Of a stretch of DNA of 64,000 nt, positions 1-12,206 are shown in pieces. A program made the position numbers and the translations under genes. The notes below the pieces were generated by a model. The model made no database searches. It worked only from the letters and a program-made list of their open reading frames with translations, and was not told where the DNA came from. The stretch's first letter is position 1. Every line of letters starts with the position of its first letter. Where the stretch lies: assembly GCA_025594325.1 (NCBI GenBank), contig JANHCV010000001.1, positions 4,278,001 through 4,342,000 of the forward strand. Reading direction: 5' to 3'. Source of the DNA: Blastocladiella emersonii ATCC 22665. Its lineage: Eukaryota; Fungi; Blastocladiomycota.

Positions 1-372
1 ACCGCACGGCTGCAGGTTGCCCTTGCGCTGCGCCCGGGTAACCCGCCCATTGGGGCCTCCATCATGGCCAAGTACCCGTGCTTCCACTCCTTTTCGCAGC
101 TCATCTCGCCCGAGCTGCACGCTTTCTGGACCAACAACAAGGCGCTGAAGCGTAAGCGCGAGGCTACGCTGGCTCCCGTCGCGACTGCTCCCGCTGCGCC
201 CGCTTCCGCTCCCGATGTCGCTGCTCCTCCCGCCAAGAAGCAGAAGAAGCCGTCCAAACTCGACGATCCTGTCGTCCGCGCCGCGATTGCGCGCAAGGCC
301 GTTCTGGACACGGTCGCCAAGCAGCTGGCCGCCAAGGACTCGAGCGCGGCTCCCGCGGCCTCCACCGAGTAG
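1..372 (+). CDS. 3' end of a gene entering from the left edge; basic Ala/Pro-rich tail with NLS-like motifs, function unknown
   Basis: Frame is open from base 1 to TAG at 370-372; contains KRKRE and PPAKKQKK. Confidence 0.55.
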   Translation, partial: TARLQVALALRPGNPPIGASIMAKYPCFHSFSQLISPELHAFWTNNKALKRKREATLAPVATAPAAPASAPDVAAPPAKKQKKPSKLDDPVVRAAIARKAVLDTVAKQLAAKDSSAAPAASTE

Positions 373-456
373 TTTTTTTTACCTAGATCACCTCGCTCGC
401 TCATCTGCGCATCTTCATATATATCTGACCTCTAGTAGTTACATCTATTCCTCCAT

Positions 457-1369
457 TCACGGGCGGCCCTTGCCGTACAACCACCAATTCTCGCCGCGGC
501 GAATCTAGACGCGACGCGACCATGGTCAGCTTGCTGGCCATCATTACCCAGACGGCGCGAGGTCCACGCACCCATTTGGCCAAGGGGTTGTCGCCCGCCT
601 CGGTGAGCACACGGAACGTGTGGATGGCGCGGAACCCGTTGCGGTTGGCAAACACCATGTCCGTCATGACGCGGTCGCCCACGAAGGCGACCTCGCTGGG
701 CGACTTGATCACGCCCGAGAAGTGCCGCTTGATGGACGAGCCGCCTGCTGGCTTCTTCTCCTTGTGCCGGAGTACGGGGACGCCTACAGTCGGAGGGCTG
801 CGGTCAGGGAGCCGAATGGTGGTCGAAGTGAGGGATCGGCGCGTACCGAGCGACTCCTCGAGTCGTTCCGCCTGCACCCACGGACGGACGTGTGAGCCTC
901 CCAACATCCAACCCGCCAACCGTCGATCCGTACCTGCGCTCCGTTCTTGTCGTCGAGCGTGCCCGCCGAATTCGAGTAGATGGCGACGTTGGATCGCCCA
1001 AAGACGCGGATACACTCGGCGAACGCTAGTTCCCAGCGCGAATCTGTCAACGCTTCGCCCTCACGTCACCCGATCTCACCAGCGCGTACCCTTCTCGACG
1101 GAGGGATGCACCGCGTCCGAGTACGGCGCCGTGAGGCAGTTGTCCTTGTCAAAGACGATGCACCGCACGCCGCTCGCGTGCAGGTTCGGGAAGTCGAGGT
1201 GCGAGATGTCTACGCTTCCGCAGCGTGAGCGTCGGACACTCTCAGCGCGGGGAAGCCAGCGCGACGACGACGGAGTACCAGGGACCGAGAGGTGCGGCCG
1301 CGCGACGGCGGGCGACCGGATGACCCACGCCAGCGCGCGGATCCCGGCAAAGTTGACTGACTGCACCAT
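457..1369 (-). CDS. GEP4: Mitochondrial phosphatidylglycerophosphatase (HAD family, Gep4-like), 5 introns
   Basis: Spliced protein MVQSVNF...CIVFDKDNCLTAPY...YSNSAG...VPVLRH...KKP...FVGDRVMTD...KWIRRGENWWLYGKGRP*; HAD motifs present and GT-AG junctions restore the frame. Confidence 0.9.
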
Positions 1370-1632
1370 GTTACATGAGCTACGTGGTTTCGTATGAGCT
1401 GCTTCTGAGAGGAATTGGACCAGATCGAGGGGAGAGGAGAAGCGAGGCAAGGCCGAGGCCGAGGGAGGGCGGCAGTCACGAGCACCAGAACCGCCGGCCG
1501 TTGCCCAGGCCGCCAGGGGTTCTGTTGCTTGTGCGCGAGCGCGAGTCAAACTCTCCCAAGAACAAGGGGTTCGGGTCCGGGAGCATAAGAAAATGTATAT
1601 CGTGAGCGCCTCCCGAGCAGCGGACGCGCGCT

Positions 1633-3920
1633 TCAGTCGTACTTGGACTGCTCGAGGCGGTCGCCCTGGCCGCCGCCACGGCAGCACACGAACCACGACG
1701 CGACAATGGCGAGGCCGAGGCCGGCGACGAGGAACACGGGCGACGTGGTCGACGCCTTGCGCCAGCCGGCCTTGATCCAGCCCGTGACGCGGCCGCGGGT
1801 CGAGGTCGCGTGCAGCTTGGCGGAGTGTCCCGCGACGCCGGCGACCTGCTTGACGACGTCGTCGAGCGCGGTCTGGATGCCCTTGGCCGTGAAGGGGAGC
1901 GGGTGGCCCTGCTCGGCGACGGCGTAGAACTCCTCGAGCGCGGGCACCGACAGCACGACGCGCGGCAGGTCCTCGGCGGCGATCCCGTACACGTTCTTGA
2001 TGTACGACCGGTACGTGTTGCCGTTGATCCAGACGACCTGGATGTTGATGCCGTGCAGCTGGCCGCTGTGCTCCTTGTGCAGCTGCGCCGCCACGTCCGT
2101 CAGCACGCGCCGCTCCACGTCCGCGTGCGACGGGTCCAGCACGCCCAGCACCACCACGCGGCGCCGGCGCGCGCGCGCCTCCTCGTCGTCGCCCTCGGCG
2201 CTGCCGCCGTCCATGATGTCCGACGAGTTGTCGTCGTTGAGCTCGGGCACCAGCGGGTACCGGTGCGCGCGGACAAACTTGATCACGCCCTCGGCCGTGA
2301 ACTTGGTCGCGTCCGCAGCGGCCGCAGCCGCGGCAGCCGACGCGTCAAGGTCGAGGTCGTCGTCGACGGTGGAGCCGTCCTTGCCATCCTTGTCCTCGGT
2401 ACCGCCCGACGACGACTCGGGGTACCGCACGGCCTCCTCGTACCCGCGGCGGTAGACGAGGACGACCGGGTGACTGCCGGAGCTGAACTGCGGGTCGACG
2501 GACGCGTAGACGCCCGTGACGCCGGGCTGCATCCAGGCGTCGGCGGCCTCGAGGAACGCGAGCCAGTCGGCCTGCGTGGTCTTGGCGCCGTACGCGAAGA
2601 CGACCGACACGTCGTGCTCGTCGCGCAGCCGCTGGAACTCGGCCAGCGTCACGTGCTGCACGGCGGTCGGCGCCGACGCAGACAGGGCAAACTCCTTGAG
2701 GTTCTCGTACGTGCGCGCGCCGCGGAACTCGGTCGTCTGGCCCGCGCGGTACAGCTTGATGGTCGGGAAACCGCGGATCCCGAACCGCGTGCCGAGATCG
2801 GCCTCGGCCTCGGCGTTGATCCGGCCAATGTTCATGCGGCCCTTGAGGTTGCGGCCGAGCTGCTCGTAGACGGGCTCCAATTTCTGTTCAAGGGGTGCGG
2901 GTCAGGGTGAGTCGCGAGCACCGGGACAGCTCCACGAGAAGGGCGTACCTGGCAGTGGCCGCACCACGGCGCGTAAAACTCGAGGAGCCAGGGCCCGCTC
3001 TTGGACGTGAGCTCCTCAAAGTTGTCGGCGTCGAGGTCGACGACGCGGCCGTAGGCGCCGAGGCCGGGGATGGTGCGGTGGGTCATGGCGTTCTGGAACT
3101 CGGACTTGAGCTTCTGGAGCTCGGGCGAGATCTCCGACGACGACGAAGACGACGAGGAGGAGTCCTGGGCGGCCTTGGCAGGCGTGTGCTTGTTGCCGGA
3201 CGAGGCGGCAGCAGCGGCAACGGGGACGGCGGCGGGAACGTCGACCTTGACTTTGGGCACATCGGGGATGCTGGCGGGCGGGGCGGGTGTGTTGGGGAAC
3301 TTGGCGGCGACGGCGGTCGCGTACTGGAGAATGTCGTCGAACTTGCGCTCGCCCTCGTACTCCTCCTTCTTCTCGCCCTTGTGGTAGAGGAACAGCGTCG
3401 GGAAGCCGTCAATGCCGACCGTGTCGCACAGGTCCGACTCGGCGACGCAGTTGACGCGCGCAATGTGGAAGTCCTTGGACTCGACCCACGGCTTGAGCTC
3501 GTTGCTCAGCTTGGCCCACTTGGGCGCGAGCCGCTTGCAGTGCGGGCACCAGGGGGCTACAGCGGGGCCGAGTCGGTGTCAGTCTCAGGCCGCGTGCTGA
3601 CGCGCCGCGAAGGGCAGAGTGCGTACCAAAGAACTAGATGACACGGTTGGTACGAGCGCAGCCGGCGATCGTGGTCAGTCTCGCCTCGTTCAGCGTAAGA
3701 CGCGCGACGAGCGTACCTCGACGAACCAGGTGCCCGTCTTGGTCTTGGCGGCAAAGTCGGCCGTGGTGAGCTCGACGACGTTGTTGGGCGACTGCGCCGA
3801 GCCGGCGGGGGAGGCGCGGGCCAGCGCCACGCAGAGCGCGAGCAGCACGAGCGAGGCCACGGCGCGGCGGAGGACCCGCAGCATCCCCGACGGGGACGAC
3901 GGGCTCGAGCAGCGCAGCAT
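1633..3920 (-). CDS. Membrane-anchored protein disulfide isomerase (Eps1/TMX3-like) with two active thioredoxin domains
   Basis: Signal peptide, WCPHC and WCGHC active sites, redox-inactive Trx-like domains, C-terminal TM helix, SKYD end. Includes a 7-nt micro-exon at 3627-3633. Start is 3920 or 3884. Confidence 0.85.
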
Positions 3921-4193
3921 GGCGGTAGTGTCTCTCACAGTTGATGCGTTGCGTTGCAGTGGCTGCGGAGACGGATCCGAGCAGGTGCGAGGAGAGAAGG
4001 AGAGAGCGGGGGACGGCGGCGGCAGCAGGGAGTGGCGACGCGCGACCTCGGCGCGTGCCAGCTCAGCGTCGCCACATCACATGAGCCGCTTGCATCAAAA
4101 AATGCTTTCTTCGAGGCGGACACCAGGAGAGGATGGCGATTGCGATTAGAACAAAATTGGATGAACAAGAGGACCGAGAGCTTAGTCTTAGTC

Positions 4194-4863
4194 TTAGTGC
4201 TTGTTGCGCTTCTCGTTGACGTAGGTGATGAGGGCGTGCGCGGTGCGGTCGCCCTCAAACTCCTCCTGGATCTTGCCGTCGATGAACCTACGCACAGCGG
4301 CAAGGTGAGCAAACGATCGCGCGACACCATGGACGAGAGGGGTGCGTACAGGTTGACGGCTGGAGGCGTAATGGGTGCGTGATGCGGGCGAGGTCCGTCA
4401 GTCTTTCGTAATCGCCCAAGGCGCGATCTTGTCGAGAGAAACGTACTCGGGTAGCCATCGACCTTGAAGCGGTCGCACAGGGCCTCCTCAGCATCGCAGT
4501 CGACACGAGCGATGAACACGTTCTGCTTGCGGAGCGGGATCATGGCCGTGGCGGCGCGGTCGTAGGCGGCCGCGTACTTCTTGGAGTTGGCGCACCACGG
4601 AGCGTAGAACTGGGTCAAGAGCGCAAGTCGGGCGGCGTCAGTCAGTACGGGGGAACGCCGCATCGCGAGGGCGGTGAACCCGTCCGTACCTCGACGATCC
4701 ACATGCCCGAGTTGACCTTGGCGTCAAAGTTGGCTTTGGTGAGCTGGACCGTGTTCGAGGGAACGCTCCAGTCGTAGTAGTAGGCCTGGGCGGGCGCGGC
4801 AGCCGCGACGATGGCGAGGATGGTCGCGAGAGCGGCGACGAGGACGGCCTGGATGGACATCAT
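4194..4863 (-). CDS. Small secretory single-domain thioredoxin-like protein with a CxxS (WCANS) site
   Basis: Signal peptide MMSIQAVLVAALAT..., WIVE|FYAPWCANS, ARVDCDAEEALCDRFKVDGYPS, last exon FIDGKIQEEFEGDRTAHALITYVNEKRNKH*; 2 introns. Confidence 0.8.
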
Positions 4864-5197
4864 TGTTTGCATGGAGTGTGGAGGTCGACAGAGCAGCCGT
4901 CTATCGTCTAGTGAAGAGCACTTCGAGATCGTGGGGAGAGCGGAAGCGAGGGATTTGTCCTGCAGCGGCTGCGGTGCCCACAAGTGAAACTCGCAGGAGG
5001 ATCGGCGCCACGCCACGCCCGGCGCCACAAAAGTCACGCGGGGGCGCAACGCGTCTCGCAGCTGCTGGTCGCTGTCTCCCCCGCTTGAGCCCTGAAATGG
5101 CCGAGGCGGATCAAGAGGCAACCATGCAATTACGTGCTGTCTCTCGCCCAATGAAGCCCCACAACCCTGCTCATGCATTCGGACTTGATGCAATCAA

Positions 5198-8100
5198 ATG
5201 AAGTTACCAGTAATCGCTACCTTATGGTGGAGCCTCGCGCTTTCCGGAATATGCTTGAAAATATTCTGCTTACTTGGGGCCGGTCCTTGTTCGGCAACTT
5301 CCGTAACCATCAAACTTGCTGTACGGAGGCCAAGCTGAACACGCTAGTCCCGCGCTGACAGCGTTGTACCACATTGATTAGTTAACGTTGCCGTTCAGGA
5401 CCAGCAACCCTCAATTTCGGATCAACAATCTGGCTGCGAAAGACTCTCATTTACTCGGCATTCGTGCTGCCCAATACGCAGGCTTCCTGCCAGGCGTAAA
5501 CGTGTCCCTCGTTCCCGTTGACACGACCGGCTTCGGACTGAACGATGTGGGCCAGGCCATCTTCGGCGCTCTCGGTACACCTTTCTCCACACCATTCAGT
5601 ACCGCGCCGAAATCTGACTCGTCTTCGACTAGACGCCGTCAACCTCAACGCGGCTGGGGTCTTTGGAGGCGCGACGTCCGACGCTTCCAAGATGGTCAGC
5701 ACCGTGACCTCACCCTTTCGGATACCCGTGTGCTCGTTCATCTCAGCGTCGTATGACCTGTCCGACAAGAAGCAGTACCCCTACTTCTTCCGCTACCGCA
5801 CCACGACGCCGTCCGACGCGCGCGGCATGATCAGTTTCATGAAAAAGTACGGCTGGTCCCGCTTCAGCATCGTCCAGGAGGGCGGGTACCCGGTCTATCA
5901 GCTCCGTACGTCGATCATTGTCACTTGAAATTCCACGAGCTCACCGCGAGACCACCATGTAGTGACCGAGTTTCTCCAGCGATACGCGGCCGCCGAGCGG
6001 ATGACCGTGCTAGGGACGACGGTCCTGCAGGCGTCGGCCGCCAACCTCGAGGACACCATGGCCACGCTGCGCGAGCAGCTGCTGGCCGCCGACGCCCGCG
6101 TCATCTGCATCGGCCACCTCTCGTCGGTCGCGGCCAAGCTGCTCGTCCACCTGTACCGCCACGGCTTCATGGCCACGCCGCCCGGCATGCCGCGCGTGTT
6201 CCTGTTTCTCAACGACCCGACCTACGATCTGCAGATTCTTGCGCCCGACCTGTACCCAGCTATTCTCGAGAGCGCCGCCATCTTCTCGCTCGCGCCGCAG
6301 ACGCTGGACAACAACCGCATCCTGCCCGACTTTCTCGCCTACTACGCCGCGCGCAACGGCGGCATGTCGTACCCGTACCCGTCGGCGCTGGGATTCGAGG
6401 AGGGCTACGCGTGCGGCTTTTCCATGGTGTACGGCCTCGACCAGCTCGTGCGCACGACGCCCGGCGCGACGTACGCCGACCTCGCCGCCCGGTCCCCCGC
6501 GCTGTACGCGCGCATGAACGTGTCGCTCTTCTCGGTGACCGAGGCGGCGTACCCGCAGTTCCCTCTACCGCTCGATGCCTCGGGCGACGCCATCGCGCGC
6601 TACTACTACCTGCGCACGCCCGTGGTCGTGCCCGGGACGAGCGTGACGAACGCGTCGTACGTGGTGCAGCGCGTCGACTCGATCCCGCCCAACCCGAACG
6701 TTGTGCTCGCGGCGTACGCGTTCCCGGGCATGGCGCTCGGCGAGGTCCCGCCCGACGCGTCGCAAAAGGCCATGCTCAACATCCACTGGCTGTCTGCGTC
6801 TGGGATCGCAATCACCGCGACCGTTTCGCTGCTCGCGGCGGGAGTGCTTGCATCGTTCGTAGTGTGCATCGTGTTCCGCGAGCGGCGGCCGATATGGCGG
6901 TCGTCGCTCGTCTCGCTGGTCGTGGTCCATGTCTCGACGCTGCTCACGCTCGCTTACGTGCTGTCGATGCTCGGCGTACCCGTCCCGGCGACCTGCACCG
7001 CGCGGTCCGTCCTGTCCGTGTGGTCGCCAGCCATCCTCCTCGCGTGCGCCGCGTCTCGGCTGTATCCGCTGTACCAGGTCACAACATTTCGGCGGCGTCA
7101 AAAGCAACAGTCTTCGCTCCGACGGCTTCTCACGGGAAGCGAGAACACCTCGGGCAGCTTGCCTTCAAGCGGTATGCGTCGCTTCGGCGTCGTCGCGCGC
7201 ATGGCGCTTCTGGGCCGCACGGCTGCTCCTGCCACCTCGTCGCCGCAGCTTCTTCCGTCAAGCACGGAACTCAATGAGCTGGGCTCCCCGGCGCTTGGCA
7301 GCGGGGTGCTCAACAGCGATGAAAAGCTCTTCCTGTCCAACGCGCTACGCCGCAAGGTCGAGGTCCTCGCCACGGCTTTGGAGAAACCTCATTCGCGCGC
7401 TTCGGTCGAAACAACGGGCCGAATCCTCGGCATGGTCGCGCTCATGTACCTCGTGCCGACGGTGTACCTGCTTTCAACGTGTGCTCCGGTCGTCTCACCC
7501 CTCACCACCCTCTCGTCCCTCAACTACGTGTGCTCGTGTGCCGACTCGAGAAGCGGCTCGATCCTCCTGTTCTCCGCCATGGCCGCGCTGATCCAGCTCG
7601 TCCTGATCGCCCTGTGCCTCCGCTGGGCTTGGGGTGCTCGCGAAAGCGGTTTCAACATCAGCGAGGCGAAGCGGTGGGGCGTCGCGCTGCTCAACGCCGT
7701 CGGCGTGCTGATCATGGCAACGGGCATTTCGATCAGCGCTGACACCGCCGGCCGCTTCTACACGTTCTACAACCTGCTGCTCGCCCTGGGGTCTGCTTCG
7801 ACCCTGGGCATTCTCGTCGGGCCCATTCACCTCCGCGTCTTCTCGCGCGATCCGCGGGAACAAGCCGCTGCCTCGGCGTCCGCGACGTCGCCCATCGTGA
7901 CCAAGAGCCTCCATACGGAAAGCGACCCGGACCTGTGCGATCTCGGCTCGGCACCGGCCACGGCGTCAATGCATCGGGCGGCGACTGACGCGGCGGTCGC
8001 GCTCGGCCAGCACCACGTCGCCTCGACGGGCGGCGCTCCGGGTCAGGCGCCGGCGAAGCCAGAGCGCAAGAAGCCCTCTCGGAACGCTCCTGGCCGCTCG

Positions 8101-9180
8101 CCATCGCCAGCGAAGCGCACTCGTGGCATCTCGGACAATAGGAAGCCCGACACCCAACCGTCACGTCGCAGCTCCAAGATTATCGCTTCGGTCAAAGTGA
8201 GCCCGCGGGGCTCGCGCGGCGGGTCATCGGCACAGCCGAGCACTCGACCAAGCGCCGGCAAGCTGTCGTCTTTGGCGGCAAGCTTCGAGTCTGGTCTTTT
8301 CTTCACTGCTCCCAGCAGCCGCGTGGGGAGCATGGAAGCGGGGCTGAGCTCGTCGTCGAGCCCATCGTTTCCATCGCCCATGTCGATCCGCGGCCTCGCG
8401 GAGCGACTTGCTTCCATGGACGTGGTCAACCAGAGTATGACGCTTTTCGCTCTCGAGCCTTACGTTTTCTCGATCCGCGCGACTCGAAGGCTACCACCAT
8501 GGGGTGATCTTGCGGGCATTCCTACTTCTGTGGCCGAGTCGCTTCACCAGTCGTACCTCTCATCCGTCGCGGGTCGAGTGCTTTGTCGCCAGGCCAGCTC
8601 ATGGATCAGCATGTCCGTGTGGTGCTTGACTTTCTGTCTGGACAGCGGCTCGGTCAGCGACCTGCAGTCCATGACCGGGCCCGACGAGTCGGCGGCGGAG
8701 CTCGAGCGGCAAATGGGCTGGATCCGGCTGCACGCGCAAGCTCCTGGAACGGTACCTCGACGCGTCTCGTTTCAGATCAGCGAGCGGATCACGGACTCAC
8801 TATCGCGTGTCGTGTAGGATGGAGTCTCGCTCGCAGGTCCGCTCGCATCGTTCCGAGTCTACTACGTCAACAAACCGCTTCAAACACGGTCGCTTCCTCG
8901 AATAGTGACTGGCGGTGTCCCCAGGCCCGTACGTTCGCCTGGCGGGACGCTCGGGCGGCCACGCTCAGAGTCCTTGATCACGCAACGACAGCTCGTGCTT
9001 TACGGCCGAGCATCGAGGACCTGGTACACCCTCGAGTTCGGCAACTCGGCGGATTTAACTCGGTTCGCGGCGCTGTTCCCCCGTGGCAACGCTGCCTCGA
9101 CTCTGCGCGTAAACGGTGACAGCAGCACGAGTCCACGGCAAGCTCGACCGTTCAATCCTCTCATGTCTACATACGGCTGA
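5198..9180 (+). CDS. Class C-like (GABA-B architecture) GPCR: signal peptide, ANF/Venus-flytrap domain, 7TM_3, long tail ending in a PH-like domain
   Basis: Exons 5198-5320, 5382-5574, 5633-5905, 5963-8751, 8818-9180 join in frame (3741 nt). Motifs: TIKLALTLPF, SYDLSDKKQYPYFFR, RPIWRSS..., C-TAR in TM3, FNISEAK. Confidence 0.8.
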
Positions 9181-9230
9181 ACGATGATAGAGTAGCCATA
9201 GCATATAATGTATATCTTTCACACAATCAA

Positions 9231-11716
9231 TCAGTGCTCACCAGTCTCTGGCGCGGCCGTCGTGGGCGCCATGATGCCCGTCTCGAGGAGGGCGTGGCGC
9301 AGCGCGAACATGTACGCGTTGCGGCGGGCGGCGCGCTTGCCCATCTCCTGCCAGTTGCCGTTGTGCTCGATGGTGACCTTGCACCGCAGCGCCGACTCGG
9401 CGAGCAGCACCTCCTTGATGGTGAGCGTGAAGGCGGGCTTGTAGTCGCGCGCGTTGGCGTCGAGGAAGGCGAGCATGCGGTGGCGCAGCGCGTCGAGCTG
9501 GTCGGCGCGCGTGCTGATGTGCAGCTTGATGACCACGTCCTCGGACATGTGGCCCGACCGGCGCACGTTGTCGATCATCTTCTTGTTGAGGATCGAGTTG
9601 GGCGCGTACACGAGCTTGCCGTCGCCGCGCTGCAGCGTCGTGGTCAGGATGCTGACCGACTTGACCGTGTAGTACGTGTTGTCGAGCAGGATCGTGTCTC
9701 CGACGTCCTATTTAGGGGGTACTGTTAGCGCTGTTGGACACAGGGAGCGACCTCGAAAATAAAACGTACAAAGTAGTGCTGCACAAAGAGGAACAGCGCC
9801 GACTCGAAAATCTCGCGCGCCGAGGTCCCGAAAATGAACGACGAGGGCAGCAACACCGCGGCGATCGCCGACATGTACGAGGCGACCGGCAGCACGAAGA
9901 TGTTGCACGTGATGATGAAGCTGAGGAAGATGACGATCGCGCCGAGGAACCAGTCGAGCGAGGCCACCGCGGACGTGACGTCGGCAATCGACTTTTCAAT
10001 GTCGCGCTTCTCCTGGCACAGCTCGGTCAGCACGGCCTTCATCTCCTCTTTCGACACGTCGCCCGAGTTGTTGCGGTCGAAGAAGCGGAACGCGCGCCGC
10101 GCCTCGGGCTCGGACCCGAAGTAGGGGCGGAAGTCGTGCACGTCGAGGTCAGAGCACCCGGGTTTCGCGAGCGCCGTGAACAGGTCGCGCGCCATGAGGT
10201 TGGCCTTGTTGGGCGTCTCGGGGATGCTCGAGGCCGAGGTCAGCGCGTACGGGTCGAGTACGGCGACGGCGGCCAGGTCGTTGAGCGTCTTGCCCGCCTG
10301 CTTGGCAATGAACTGCCCCGCGCGCGACAGACCGGCCTTGCTGCGGTTCTTGATCTTGGCCATTTCGTCGTCTTCGGCGTCGTTGACAGCGGTCGTCGCG
10401 GGCGTTGCTGTACCGGGAGTCGTCGGAGGCGGCGGGACGGCGTGCGAGCCGCGGCGCAGGCTGGTCGGGCGGCTCGGGACGGGCGTGCCCTGCGCCGACA
10501 CGGACCCGCGGTGCGCGTGACCGTGAGCCGCACCACCACCCGACGACGACTCGGAGACGCGCGGGCGCGGGCTGCGCAGCGACACGAGCAGGTTCTCGAG
10601 GAAGCCGTTGGCGGCGCGCGACACCTTGATGCGGTCCTTGTACGCGCGGCGGTGGAAGCGCGTGGAAATGATCTCGAGCAGCAGCTTCTCGACGGTCCAC
10701 AGCGTGTGGAACACGAACAGCGTGAGCAGGATCTTGGAGACGTAGTCGAACCAGAACCAGTCGGCGTCGCCCGTCGACTTGAAGATGCGCTTCCACCGCC
10801 AGCCGGGGATGATCACAAACGCCGTGAAGATGACGTTCGACAGGATGATCCACACGGACACGGTGATGCGGCGGTGCATGACCCGAAAGTAGTTGAGATA
10901 CTCGGACAGCCGCTCCTCGTAGTAGGACCCGAGCGCGATGCCCAGCATGCGCGTGAGCAGCGCGGGGACAATGGACAGCACGAACAGCGTCAGGTAGTGC
11001 AGCGTCCACGAGATGCACAGGTAAATGGACCAGTGCAGCAGCGGCATGCCGCCAATGTTGAGCGGCGACGTCCACTCGTTGAAGGGGCGGTACTTGCCGT
11101 CGGGCTCGTAGTACTCGATGCCGAACAGCAGGTCGGGCACACCCAAAAGGCCGAAGATGAGCGTGTCGCCGAACAGCGCCGAGAGCAGGCAGCGCAGCCA
11201 GTACGGCAGCTTGTTGAGCCACGCACTGACAAAACCGCACCGTCGGCTCCCGTTGTTCTTGCTCGAGTCGTCGGACAGCGAGTGCACGTCGAAGCCGTTG
11301 TCAATCTCCCAGTTGAACTCGCGGCCCTCGTCGTCGTCTTCCTCGTGCGTGCGCCGTTGGGCGCGAACCGTGCCGTAGATGTCCTCGGCGGACGAGTCGG
11401 CGCGGTGTGGCCCGCGGCGGTGCAGCGAAGCGGCCGATGGCGCCGGGTACGGCACGTCGGGGCTGTTGTTGTTGGTCGGCGACGGGTGGTACGACTGCGG
11501 AGAAGAACCCGTCGAGAGGGCAGGGGGTGCGGCCGATGACTGCTGGTACATGGCGGCTGCGGCGTAGGCGGCGTAGGTCTCGGTCGACACGGGTTGCTGA
11601 GGGACGGCAGGGACGGGGGCGGCCGAGGTGTCGACCGTGAACCCGCCGCCGCCGCCTCCGCCAGCGCCGCCCGCGTCGAGGGTGAAGGTGCTGTCGCTTC
11701 GTGTGAACTCGCTCAT
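9231..11716 (-). CDS. MscS-like mechanosensitive channel with EF-hand (Msy1/Msy2 type)
   Basis: Multiple TMs, HRRAYKDRI, EF-hand FDRNNSGDVSKEE, LFLFVQHYF|DVGD, YAPNSIL...IDNVRRSG; 1 intron. Confidence 0.92.
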
Positions 11717-12206
11717 GGTGTCGATGCGTAGCAGGCCAGCTGTGTCGTCGGAGAGAGAGGGAGGGATGGCGGGCGATCCAGCGCCTCTCAAGGTTTGCGG
11801 GGAGGGAGAGAGCGAGAACCTCTCCGCCGGGCCGTATCGGGAAGGTGCGAGACAAGTGCGCATGCACTTCCGCACGAAGACCGCAGCGCGCCCCTGTCAG
11901 TCAGTTCATTAGTGCGCGTATTGTGTGGCGCAGCTCCGAAATGGCGGATGGCTCGCGCGTCGTCTCGCACAAGGACAAGCCACCGCGAGACACGGGTCGG
12001 CGGCTCGATGCCCTACACGTGGTTTGCCGAACGCGTCGTCCTGTATGTCGACTCAGCCGTTGTCACGGCGATGGCGCGATGAGAACCTTGCCGCGCCGTG
12101 TGTGCTGCAGAATTGATCGAACTTGTGATGGCGACCACGCCCGCTTGACCAACGCGTCCCATCGAGGCACTCGGACCGCTTCTCTCCAACCCGTACCCTG
12201 AGCACG

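Noticed and set aside
401-560. ORF-track C-terminal extension of Gep4 to position 401
   Set aside because: A final intron gives the more typical ending KWIRRGENWWLYGKGRP* with the stop at 457-459.
9734-11539. Long antisense or alternative-frame ORFs (also 19038-21194, 24752-27178, 28764-30350, 54691-56484, 60886-63300)
   Set aside because: Shadow ORFs expected from GC-rich codon bias over real genes; no motifs.
11845-12201. Short ORFs between MscS and the BORCS7-like gene
   Set aside because: No codon bias, motifs or coherent splice structure; most likely a divergent promoter.
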